NCBI GenBank assembly: GCA_951804945.1
Contig: OX638156.1
Coordinates: 50,654,001-50,718,000, forward strand
Length of the DNA: 64,000 nt
Origin: Podarcis cretensis
Taxonomy: Eukaryota
Reading direction: 5' to 3'
The position numbers were made by a program, and so were the translations under genes. How positions within the stretch are numbered: position 1 is the first letter of the stretch; every line of letters begins with the position of its first letter. Below are positions 1 to 12,200 of this stretch, in pieces. A model generated the notes under the pieces. It did not search any database. It saw nothing but the letters and a program-made list of their open reading frames with translations, and was not told the origin of the DNA.

Positions 1-323
1 CATTTTTGAAGACGAGAGGAGTAGCAAAGGCTCAGGATCCAAGTCTGTTGTTGAGACCCAGGTTTAAGAGGAGCTTGGCTGCTGGATCACACCAATGGAG
101 ACCTCCTGTTCTTAATAGTGGCCAGCCGTATGCCCTGTGAGGGATGTACACCCGAGGTCAACAGCATGCTGCCTGCCTGGGTTCCCCTGTAAGTGGTATT
201 CAGAGGCTTCATACCGCCTCTGACACGGGAAGCACACAAGGTCCCGGGTGGGATCAGCCCACCATCTAACCAGCCAGCCAGGTGCCCCACACCCTTGTCC
301 TGGGCTTCTCTTTTCATCTGTCT

Positions 324-648
324 CAGGGGTCGGCAAAGTTTTGTGGCTTGGGCCGGTTCACAGTCCCGCAGATGCCTCAGTGGGCCAGAGTGTTCACGCA
401 CATGCAAACACTATTTCTGGTGCTCCTTCCAGTGCGGAGGAGGTGTGCGCAGCTTCCCATTGGCTGCAGGAGCTTCCTGCAACCAATGGGAAGCTGGCCA
501 GCATCGCGGAAGGCGGTCCCCACTCTGCTCCGCGCCAGTTCAGCGCGGTGCATGGGAGCTGACCGAGCGGGCAGCGGGGGTCCGTGGGCTGGTTAAATGA
601 TCCCCATGGGCCGCTTGTGGCCCATGGGCCTTAGGTTGCTGACCCCTG
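324..648. mobile_element. Non-autonomous hAT-type DNA transposon (MITE)
   Basis: Terminal inverted repeats CAGGGGTCGGCAA / TTGCTGACCCCTG; flanking 8-mers atctgtct / atctatct (8-bp TSD, 1 mismatch). Confidence 0.8.
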
Positions 649-715
649 ATCTATCTCTTTCCACACAATGGTGAAATCCCCAAGCAGACAGAAGTACACT
701 TTCCTCACCCTTCAG

Positions 716-3150
716 CAAGTTGTGATCCTGTGAGCAGGCCCTTGAAGGCCTTCCTTGTGTGCTTTGGCCCAGAAGCAACAGTTGCCCATGGCAGACATGA
801 AAGTGCTCCCTGTGCCCCTGTGGTGCCAAGCGGGGCCCACCGAGCCAACAACTCAGGGTGGGACTGCCCAGAGCAAACAGAGCAGCAGCAACCTCTCAGA
901 CCAAGGCCAAGTCAGGGGACTCCCTCTTGCCTAGGTTAGATACCACCCCACTTGCCCAATATGCTTGCTAAGTGCCAACAGGGGAACCCCTTCTAGTAGA
1001 AAAGAAGAGGCCCAGATTGGGGTTGACTGGGGATGTGAAGAGCACTCAAGGTCAGGCAATGAGTGAACCACACAGGCTCCATCCTCCCAAGAGGACACGC
1101 CAGGGAGCGATGGCACAAGCCAGCAGCAGCACACCTGAGGATGAAGTTCACAGGTCTGTGCCTGGCATGGCAAGCACAGGGCACCTGGCAGTTGCCACCT
1201 GATACACCCACGTCTTTCCTTAAGGCTGGTGGTGTGTTAAGAACTCAGAGGCAATGTGGTCTGTGCCCTGGAGGTGCAGTTCCAACCGAGGGATGCGGTT
1301 CTTTGGGGTGGGGAGGGCCGGCCCCCTGCTCCCTCCCCACGCTTTGTTGGCATCTGGGAAGATGTGAGCCGTTGTTGTTTTCTCGCCGCATGTCAGTCTT
1401 CATTAAATCATGAAGGAGCAGAGCAGAGCCAGCTTTTGTCCCAGCCAGAACGTGGCAGCTGTTTAATTTCAATTAACACAGCCTTGAAAAGAATAACATG
1501 AAGGCAGCAATTAAAGGGAGGCGGCATTTCCTCGGTGGCTTCTTGCCGTTGCCTGAGTCGCTCCACAGCAAGGGGGGTGGGTGGGACGTGCCTCTCGCTT
1601 AGCGCTGCAGGCTCCTCCAGGTGCCTCCTGCTTTCAGCATCCTTCTCCACAAGGTGCAGCGGCAGTGCTTCCAGGTGACACACCAGCCTCACACAACATT
1701 GCCTGTCCTTTACCTTGGACTGGTCCAGCCATACAAAGCATGAGAACCAGGGAATAAGATGCCTGGGGCTTGGAGCCCTCCCTGTGGAAGGACGTGATGA
1801 GGAGGATGTTGTTCTGCCTCTTCCTGAGTAGGCTTAGCTACCCATCCCACATGCTGCAGTTCGGAAAAGTCCAGAAGATGAAGTAACTCTTGCAGCTCTC
1901 AGGAGCACTCTGGACTCAGGATCTGGCCCAGAAATGAGACCTCATGTCTCTTTGGACCCGCTGGGTCTGAAGCAGCCAGGACTTGCGCTGTGATTCCCAG
2001 TGGGCGCATATGGCCAGCAACCACTCCTTGCCTTTGGGCATCCCAATCAGCCCAAAGGCGCCGGTTCTTTGACGCTTGTTCTTTCGTGCGTGGAGGGAGG
2101 GGAAAAGGAGGGGAAAGGCTGCTATTGATCGGGTGCTTTAGGAGGGAAAGGGATCTCCTTGGCTGTCTAAACACTATTGATCCTCTGCTGGGCCTGCAGC
2201 TGGCAAGGAGGAAGGGATTAAAACCTCACTGCCGACAACTTCTTCTTTGGTGGCTGAGCAGAGAGAGCAGGAGGGCCACAAAAGGGGAGCCAAGGCAGCT
2301 TCCTCCTCTGCTTCTGGAGTGGCAGAGGAGCAGGGAGGGCCCCGGTGGAAAGCGGTCGGCCTGTCTTGCATCTGGCAAAGAAGGTTAGTGCTTCCAAGAG
2401 CCACAACAGGTCCATTTCCTCTAAAGGCTCTTTGGATTGCATCTGTTCTAGCCACCTCCCAGGCAGACCAAGAGGCTTCTGCCAGGACAGGTGGTCCTCC
2501 GACCGCTGAAAGTGGGTGGCCTCCATCTGCATTTCTGGCCTTTGCCCAGGAGATTGCCATCATCCCTGCCTTCTCGGCCCCTATGGCCTCCTCGCCCTTC
2601 CTCCAGAATGACTGTATTCATTTTGCACAGGAGTTCATGGCTGACCCAAGCCTCCTCTACCTGTAGGTCATGAGAACTGCCCCCGAGAGGCATGTGTGTG
2701 AATGCAAGAGTGACTGTGGGCTGTGTGGGCTGGGAGTAGCTTCCCTGCTTCCTCATTGATGCTCCCAATTAAGGCGAGGAAGCATCCCCATCAAGAGGTC
2801 TGTGCTTCTTTCCAGTGGGGTTGCCTCTCACTGACCTTCATTTGAATATTGCACTGAGATACGCAGTCAGAGTTCCCAGCACTTCATGAGTGAGGAGGTG
2901 GCTCTTCAGAACAGAAACAATAACATCATTTTTTAAAATGCTAGGTTGAGACCAGCTTGATGGTGTGCTGGGCTAATTTTTTTAAAAAGGTCTCTGCTTG
3001 GCACCAGAAAGACATCAGATGTGGCCCCAGGCAAGGTTCCCTGCAGAGGGCGTTCTGCAAGTGGGCGCCCCTTTCTCCTCTAGCCCCTCCACATCTGAGT
3101 CCAATTTCTGTTTGAAGAGGCAGTCCTGCATTGACCTGGAAGGGTGCCAG
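716..3150 (+). CDS. Candidate upstream coding exons of PMFBP1 (716-934, 1860-1964, 2200-2662, 3084-3150)
   Basis: Four AG...GT-bounded segments with mutually compatible phases that splice stop-free into exon 3261; no recognisable homology and some donors are weak. Confidence 0.3.
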
Positions 3151-3260
3151 GTTTGCCCAGTGAAGTAGTCAGGTTCAGGGCTGAGGCAGGGAGCTCCTAG
3201 CCCTGCCAAAGACCCAGAGGGAGTGGGAGGAGGCCCTCATGCCATTGTGTTCCCTTCCAG

Positions 3261-6200
3261 GCTGCGGAGCAGAGCGAGGCACTGCACAGACTCCAGGAGA
3301 CCCACAGCGCCCTCCAGCAGCAAATGACCGAACAGGAAGGCCTCATCTGCCAGCTGGAGATCCAAGTCCAGGAGCAGCAGGAGGACCTGCAGGGAACCAG
3401 GGAGCAGGTATAGAGTGCTGGACCACCTGGACAGGGGGGTGCATGGGAGTCCCCCCCATCCCAAGAATGAAGGACTTGGGGGCAGGCAGAAACCTGGTAG
3501 AGTGGCAGGCAGTGGGAGCCACAGAGCTTGTTTTATTGCCCTGTGAGCTGCCATCCCATCCCACAGAGCCATGCTGGGGGCCTCACCCAAGCCTACACTC
3601 CTTGCCCACAGGCATCTGAACGCAGGCAGGCTGTGCAAGAGTTGGAAATGTAGCAAGCCCTAGTGGAGGAGGCAGGCCTGGTGCTAGAGAGAGCAGAGAG
3701 CCAAGTGAGCAGGACAGAAGGCTTGGAAAGACCTCCTGGGAGCCCATTGATGGCTTCTGGCATTCACACCTTGCTTTCCCTGTCTGAAAACCCTCATGAC
3801 TGGCTGGCCTGCCTGAGGATCCCCTGAGCTAGATGCTCACTTTCAGGCCATGGCTGCCACGAAAGAGCCACAGGTGCCCAATTTGTCTTCCAGATCTGGC
3901 AGCAAAAGCAGCAAATGGCGAAGCTGGCAAGAGCAGCAGCTGACAGCCAAGCAGCAGAGCAGCAGGTACCTTGTGCCCCTCTCCTGGCCCTAGTCCAGGG
4001 GTCTGCAACCTTTAAGACAAAAAGAGCCACTTGGACCCGTTTCCGAAGGAAAAAAAACCGGGAGCCGCAAAACTCGTCATTATAAAAATAACTTTTTTGT
4101 CACTTTTTATTATTTCTTTGTTTGACCCCTCAGAATTACTCCTCCTCATAGAAATAAATGTTAAATTAACAAGTTACCTTTTTGTGTGTGTGTGTGTGTT
4201 CTTCACTCCCCTTCAAAACAGTGACCAGCGTACATGCCCCTTACAATGTAGCGGGTGGGCGGGCGGGAAGGTGACGTCGGGACGGTGCGTGACTAACGCA
4301 CGGACTGCCCCCATGCGACGTCACAGCCAGTGCAGCGCCCGCCACAGTGGGGAGTGTCGGGGCGCACAATGCGCCTCCTCCCCTCGCTAGTATCCGCCCC
4401 GGAGCCGCGGCAAAGGTGTAAAAGAGCCACATGCGGCTCCGGAGCCGCGGGTTGCAGACCCCTGCCCTAGTCCAAGGTGCTTGAGGGAAGGAGGTTTGTC
4501 CCAAGAGGACCACGTGCCCTTCTCTTCCCTGCAGTCTCTGGGCATTTGGGCTCTTTTGATTTCTTTTAAATGCTTCCATCCCTGGGTTCCTCCCAGAGGC
4601 TCCCAGTGATAACGATGTAATGCTAGAAGCCTCTGAGACAAGATGGATAAGTTGGAGCTCTTTGTCTTAGAGGCGAGCATAGATATTGTGGGCAAAACCG
4701 AAAGCTGGTGGAAGGGAAAGATCCAGAGGGAAACTGTTGTCTCCACATACACACTCTAGGAAGGACAAAGATGGCTGTATTCTGGCCTCAGAATTAGTAA
4801 AACTTCTGGATCCCAGTTGCTGGGAATCACAAGTGAGGAGCGAAGCTAATGTATTCTCGCCCTGCTTGTGGGCTTCCCTCTGGGGGCATCTGGTTGGCCA
4901 CTGAGGACCAGATGGGGCTGGGCTGGGCAAGGCCATATGCTTTTGTATGCTCGGGTGACACAGGTTCAATTCCTGGTGGAATCACTAGGTGGAGCCGGGA
5001 GAGATTGCCTACTGGTTGCTGCCAGTCTGTGTCAATCTTGAGCTAGATGGACCATTGACCTTACTCATTACAATGGTACCTCGGGTTACAAATGCTTCGG
5101 GTTACAAACACTTCAGGTTACAAACTTCGCTAACATGGAAGTAGTTACCTCGGGTTGCGAACTTTGCCCCAGGATGAGAACGGAAATCGCAACGCAGGAG
5201 GCCCCATTAGCGAAAGCGCACCTCAGGTTAAGAACGGTTTCGAGTTAAGAACGGACCTCTGGAACGAATTAAGTTTGTAACCTGAGGTACCACTGTATAA
5301 GGTAGCTTTTTAGTGGGGCTGATCCAGCAGGACCCTTCTGACCTTATTAGCAAACAATAATAACCCATTAAATAATTTTAAAGCCAGGAAATCAAGAAAA
5401 GCAATGCCTGTTAAACAACAACAACAAAAGGCTCAGTAATTCCCCAATACCCTCCAAAACCTTCATCTAAAAACTGATATGGGGTGGGGGCGAGAACGGC
5501 AGGTCTCAAATCCTTTGCCACTGCTACTTTTTGGAGGAGGGGCAATTCTGGGGTTAACTGAGCAGCAAAGCCGCTTTGCAGGGTTCTTCTGTGCTTACCT
5601 TGTTTCAAACGCTGTTGCCATGGCAGGTGCAGCAGTACAAGGACATTATCCACCAGCTGCAGGGAAATTTGGCAGCCTCTCGGGCTTCCCAGGCTGCCTC
5701 CGAGTCCAGAGTCCGCAGCAGGGAGGAGGAGATCCAGGAGCTTCAGCAGAAAGAGTCCTTGGCACGTCACCAGCTGAGGATGCTGCAGAGTGAGGTACAG
5801 CCCAGTGTGAATTGGGAGGGGCCAGAGAAACCCACCCACTCAGGAGCTAAGGATGTTTTTTTGGCCTGGCCCTTTTTCCCTGGGACCAGGTGGGTCAGCA
5901 GAAGGAGCTGCTGAGCACACAGCAGCACGCGTCCCACATCCTCTGCAGACAGGAGGAGCTGCAGACAGACAGACCAGGAGCTAAGTGCCCTGCAGAAGGT
6001 TGTGTGTGAGCAAGACGCACACTGGAGGGAGATGGCTGGGCAATTGAAGCTCAAAGTCCCTGCCAAGTGCTCAGGGGATTGAGGCCTCGGCTCAGCCCTT
6101 CTCTCTCTTTCTTGCCAGGCCCAGAGGACCAAGGAGCAGCTGGCTTCCTTGCAAGAGCAGCTTTCCACCTGCCAGACTCAGGTGAGCCTTCCTCTTCCTC

Positions 6201-9200
6201 CTCCTGCTCCTCTCTCACTCCAAGCCCAGAGAAACTCTGTTCCAAATCCCAGCCCAGCTTGCCCCAGTTTCTTCCACCTCCAAACTGGGACTTCTGTGTG
6301 TGGTGGGACCTCCCCCTGGTGCGCCTCTCTGCGGCCTCCTTCCCTCCACATCCTCTCACGTGGTGCTTTGCCTGGCCTTGGATGCAGCTGCAGCAGAGCG
6401 AAGAGCGGGCGGAGCGGAAGGAGGCTGACTTCCAAGCAGCACAGGACGAGCTCTCCCGATGCCAGGAGCGGCTGTCTAACGCCCACGCAGTGCACCAACA
6501 ACTGGCCCAGAGCATGGCAGCGCTGGTGGAGCAGCAGGAAGCCTCCAAGCGAGAGGTAGGCTGGCTAGCTGCTGCAGGCCTCCCAGGCAAGACTCTTCCT
6601 GGCCCAGCAGCCTCCTGTTGCTCTTTCTGCCAGAGGGAGAAGGTTGCTGCAGCAGCACCCAAGGAAGGTTCCAAGTTCTAGGCATTGTCTCTGGAATCCC
6701 CCCCTCAAGCTGCCAGTTCTTAGTCAGGCCCTTCTTCCCCTAGGTTGATCTCCGTGACCAGACGATTGTGAAACTTCAGGGATGTCTGAAAGCAGCTGAG
6801 GAGGAGCGGGTGCAAGGGAAGGATGAGGTGACATTTTGGGGACGGAGAGCCTCCTTGTCGCAGTCTTGAAAAAGTAGCCCACAAAGGGTGGAGCTCCCAA
6901 GGTGACCAGCAGCCAGGCCCCCCTCCATCCCTCCCCAGTGTTCTCTGAGCAGGGGAAGAGTCCCAAGGACAGCAGACTGTCCCCCCGCAGAGGATGAATC
7001 ACCAAAGGGCAGGTCACAGGAGGGGCTTGTGTGTCCTCAGCAGGTTGTTTGGAAACAAGCAGGCAAATTGCAGGGCAATGCACAGTGAAGTTCTCTGGGC
7101 TCTCATCTGTTCCAGAAGCTGGATTGACTATAAGTCGGCAGCTCAGGATCTATCTTGACAAGCAGCAGTTGGGGTCGTAGTGCATGAGGGTCCGGAGGGC
7201 TTTGCCTCACATAGCGCAGAGGAAAAGAGCCAGGCCAGGGGAGGGAGAGAAGGGGCAGGATGAATGGTCTGAATGTGTGGATTGCCCGGCAGCCTCCTGA
7301 GGATGCTCATCTGTCCCCTGGCACTGCCAGCTTGCAGGTAAAGAGGCCGAAGTGAACCACCTCAGGGGGCAGCTCCACCACCTGCAGGATGAGCTGAGGA
7401 GCCTGCAAGACTCTTGCACTGAGCAGGAGAAGGCAATAGTGGAGCAGACTCGGCTCATCTGCCAGCTCCAGCACGAGAAGGAGTCCTCCCTCAGCAAGGT
7501 CCGTGCCCTCTGGCGGGGGGTGGGGGTGGGGAGTGGTTGCAAACTCAGTTAGGCCCCCATTTCCCTACCAGCTGATCTCAGTTTCCTGCCACCCCCTAAA
7601 GTTTGAATCCCTTCCCTTCAACGGTCTTCAGCCTCTCTGCATCCTTGTGGGCTGCCTCTCCTCCAGGTGCACACCCAGAACCCCTGACTGCAGGGGGAAG
7701 GAGCCAATTTGGGGCCAGATCCATTCCTTGCTGCGTGGGGAAGAGAGGAGACCAAGCTCCAAGGCACCCCTCCTCTTACTCACGTGACAACCCCCCCCCC
7801 CCGGCTGTGCTGTTTGCAGAGCCAGAGCAAGGCCGCCGCCCTGGAGCAGCTGCGGGGTGAACAGCTCTCTGCCCGGCAGGACCACCAGGCCAACATGGAC
7901 CAGCTGCAAGACAAGCTGCAGCGCCTGCAGCAGGAGCTGGATATCTGCAAGGGGCGCAACCAGGAGAACCTCAGCAAGCTGCAGTCCCGCGAGTGCCGGA
8001 TCGAGAAGCAGACGCTGGACCTGGATATGCTGCTTCAGCAGTGCCAGGTCCTCAAGGAGCAGGTGAGTCCAGCCAGCTGGCTGCACCCCACACCCCACTC
8101 CTACCCTCCCACCCAGAGTTGCCTACCTCCCTTTCCCCCCGCAGCTCCTTTACTACGAGGAAGTGACCCAGAAGCAGGAGCGGGAGCTGTCCTGCCAGAG
8201 CGAGCGAGAGCGGCACCTGCACGAGCAGCTGGGTCAGGTGGAGAGCAGTAGCACCCTCCTGGAGGGCAGCCTGGAGCTCTACAAGAAGAAGTTCCAGGCC
8301 TCACTGAGCAGAGCTGGGGAGCTGGAGTGCCAGTTGCAGCGCCTGGAGGAGGAGGCCGCCTGCCAGGTAGGGGCCCCGGTTCAGAGGGGAAGGCGGTGGC
8401 AATGGGGGCCTGGCTGCTTTCCTGGCCCTAAGCTGCGCTTGCCCTGTTGCCGCAGGCCAAGGAAAAGGACGAGGCCCTCTATAGGTTGCAAGCGGAGCAG
8501 CAGATCCTGCAGGAGGAGCTGAAGGGCAAATGCTGGCAGGCCAGCAGGGCGGAAGACACCGCTGAGCAGCTGATGCGGGAGTTGCGCGACACCCAGGTGG
8601 AGCTGGCCCAGAGCCGGCAGCTCGCCTGCCATTCTGAAGAGACCATCCAGGCACTGCAGGATCAGTTGGCAGCCAACCGTGTCCAGGTGAGCCTGGCCTT
8701 GGCCCCCAACCCCACGGGCAGCGGAAGAGGGAGCCACCTCTGACTGACTGCTGTGTGCTCTTCAGCTCCTAGACCAAGAGGCGGCGCTGGCCACGTTGCA
8801 CAGGGACTTCGCTTCTTACAAAGCAACTCACAGCTGCTCCAACGGCAGCTATGAAAGCCAGATAGTCGCTGCAGAGACCCTCAGGCAGGTAGGCCCTGCT
8901 CTCGGGCCACAACACTTGTTGGCGGGTGCTGGGGGGAGCCCTGGAGATGTAGGGCTCCAGGCTGAGTTGCGGTTCTCTTTGTTCTGAGCAGAAGCTGCTG
9001 AAAGAGGAAGAGGAGAGCTCTAAGCACCAGCGGCAGGCTGAGGAGTACCAGGGCCTGGTGCAGGATTTAAAACTGGAGCTGGTGAGGGTCACTGAGCAGA
9101 AGAGCAGCGCTCTGAACGGTAGGAATGAGTGGAAGTAGCAAGGACATAGGCCAGGTCCCACTCTTGGCCTGAGCAGACGTCGGGCTGGGCTCAGCTAGTG

Positions 9201-12200
9201 CTGAGCAAGAGGCCACCTTTTTTTCCAGACTTGGCTCACCTGGAGCTGAACTTGCAAAGCCTGTATGAGGAGGCAGCAGCTGAGAGGGACAAGCAGCAGC
9301 AGCAGGTCCAGCAGCTGCAGATGGAGCTCAAGCAAAGCCGCAAGCTGGTTGCTCAAAGGGAGCAGGTGAGCACCTCTGCCTGCCTTTGCTGGGATGCTTG
9401 CTGGGGTGTGTGGGTCCTTGTCTGTGGCTGACTCCCTCTCTGCACTCCCTCCCTCCCACAGGCCATCCAGAAGCGAGATGCAATCCTGCGGAAGTCCCAG
9501 GCGGAGATGGTGCACGCCTGCAGCACCCTGCAGGAGAAGGGGCAGGAAGTGGAGCAGCAGCGTGCCCGTGCCCATCACCTGGAGGCCAGCCTGCAGAAGG
9601 CCCAGCGGGAGCTGGAGCACAGCAGAGCAGAGTGTGCCACATTGTGCGCCGAGGCACAGGCCCTGCGGCGGAGCTTGCACGAGAGCCAGGAGCAGCACCA
9701 GAAAACTGGTGAGTGGGGCCAGGACATATGAGGCTGGAGGCCAGAAATTCCCGTCAGTAACATTGAGACTAGATTACTGGGCAGTGGCAACAGTTGGAGC
9801 AAAGCAGCAAAGGTGGGAGTGAGAAGCAAGCCGAGGACCCATCCCCTCTCCCACCTCCCCAGAGCCTTGTGGGATGCTTCAGCCAGCCCACCTGCTGGTT
9901 TCTTCTGCTCCCCTTTGGGGCTCCTGCCAGCATCTCAGACCCTCCCTCCACCCCACAGCCCAGGAGCTGGTGCAGCAGGAAGAGCAGGTGCTGCTGGCCC
10001 AGAGCAGCCTGCACAATGCCCAGGAGCAGCTGAGTGAGCGGCTCACAGAGCTCACACATCAGACACAGGCTGGCCGCCGGCTGGAGGCAGAGCTCCGGGT
10101 TCTCAACGAAAGGCTCTCCGTTGCTGAAGCAGAGCTGGAGCAGAAAAGGTAGCAGCTGCAGTGGCAAATGGCAGGGGGTGGGGGTCTCCTTAGGCCCTGA
10201 CATGAGTCTCTCTGGGGGGAAAGGGTTGCAGAAGGGGAGGGGCACCTTCCGTGGCTACTAGTTGTGAAGGATCAAAGAGGGGTGGGAAGGGAGCTGTTGT
10301 CCTCAGGTCCTGCTTGGGGCTTCTCTTGAGGCATCGTGATGGGCTGCCTGCTGTCAGCAAGAGGAGGCTGGTCTAGATGGGACCACTTTGACCCAGAGTT
10401 TTTATTCTTGCTGCTGATTCTGCCTCCCTCAGAGAGCTGTTGGAGCAACTGATGGGAGAGCTGAGTCAGTCAAAGCAGCAGCACCAGGCAGCCATGCAAG
10501 AGTCCCAGCAGCACCAGAAGGAGGCATCTCGGTTGCAGCAGAAGCTACAGAGCAGCCGGGAAGGGCTGAAGAGCCTGCAGCTGAAGGTGGGGAAGGGGAA
10601 AGTGGGAGGGCTTGAAGGGCAACTGCCATCTCAGCCAAGCCAATTGCTTCTGCCTGCGGGAGAGCTCAGCTGGTGGCAGCCTGAAGCCTTCTGGTATGTG
10701 CCGCCCACAGGTGCAAGGGAACCAGTCGGTGCTGGATGAGTTGCAGGCAGAGCTGGGCCAGCAGAAGCGCCAGGAGGAGGAGCTGCAGCGGCAGCTGCGA
10801 AGGGCCAAGGAGCAGGAGAGCCAGCTGGTACAGCAGTGCAAGGAGCTGCAGCATCAGCTCCAGAGCAGCCAGTGCAGGGTGAGCCACTGGGCAGGGCTGC
10901 AGGGAGGAGGCGTGTCCCAAGTCTCCCAGGAGCTGACAGCCCCCTGGCCTTGCAGTTGCAGGAGGAAGAGTGGAAAGCCCAGAGCCTGCACACCTGCGCC
11001 ACAGAGCGGGAGACAGAGAGCCGTGTTCTGCGTGAGCAGCTGAAGCAGCAGAAGACGGAGCTGGAGGTGCTCCGCAGAAAGTATGAACACGCCCAGTTGC
11101 AGCTGCAGCAGGAGACAGCAGAGGTGAGTGCTGCCATTGCCACCTTCCCCCGCCCTCGCCTGCCTTCCTGTAGGTTGACCAGGCTTGCGTCGCCCACCCC
11201 ACTCCACAGGTGTTGCGCCAGGAGGCCACCCTCTCCCAGCTCCACACTGAGCTGCACACTGCCCAGGAGAAGGAGCGCCAGAGCAACCAGTCCCTGGCTG
11301 CAGCCAAGAACATTGCCCAGGACCTCCGGCTGCAGGCCACGTCCTGCCAGGCCAGCCAAAGGGAGGCGGTGGAGCAGGTAAGGCCAAGCCAAACCTGGGC
11401 ACCTTTTGGAGGCCAGCCAGCCAGGGAAATGACCTCTACCCTCCCTTCTTGGCAGCTGGAGCAGAGAACCCGGGAGGTGTCCTGCCTGCAGGCGGAGCTG
11501 CAGCTTGCCCAGCACAGGGCAGACCATCTGGAGGAAGAACTGAGCGGCTCCCGAGAGCAGCTGCAGCAGCTGCTGGCCATGCAGAGGGAGAGGGAGCAGG
11601 AGGTGAGCATCCCTGGCCCAGGGAGGGAGGGCTGGAGGGGCCTTCTTGCTCAGCCCAAGCTCACCCAGTGGGCAACTCCTCTGTCTTCACAGGCCTGTGC
11701 CTCCGAGGAGCGGCTGAGCGCCCTGGGCAGCCAAGTGCAGCACTGGCAGCAGGAGCACCGGGCGGCCGAGCGGGCTCTGGCCGAAAAGGACGAGGAGCTG
11801 GTGGTGATGAAGGTGGAGCTGGCCTCGCTGGAGGAGAAATGTCACCAGGCGACAGAGGAGGTGACGAGGGGCTCCCTGCAGGGTGGAGGGATACACAGCC
11901 AAGTCCTCCTCAGGTGGCTGATGCTTTTCCTTTGGTCCTCTCCTGGGGCTGCTTTGGCAGAGAGAAGAGCTGCAGAACGAAGTCAACGTCCTCCGGCAGA
12001 AGTTTGTGGTTTCCAGCCGGGACGTAAGTAAAGCTTGGGGAGGAGACTCATCCCCCGGACTCCCCAGGGGCACCATTCCCCTCTGCTGCCCCTAGGAAGA
12101 AAGCAGATCCCGTCATTGGGGAAGAAGGCCCCAAGCGAAGCATCCAAAGAGAGTCCTCATGGCTTCTGGGTGGCACATTCACAAGCTGAGGTGACAACAA

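Noticed and set aside
1-188. Further upstream PMFBP1 exons (to 61 and 119-188)
   Set aside because: Would need a 57-nt intron, implausibly short for a vertebrate; cannot be resolved at the window edge.
5411-12076. Many long minus-strand and off-frame ORFs (up to 314 aa) over PMFBP1
   Set aside because: Shadow ORFs from CAG/GAG/CTG-rich coiled-coil codons and GC-rich short introns; no independent coding signal.
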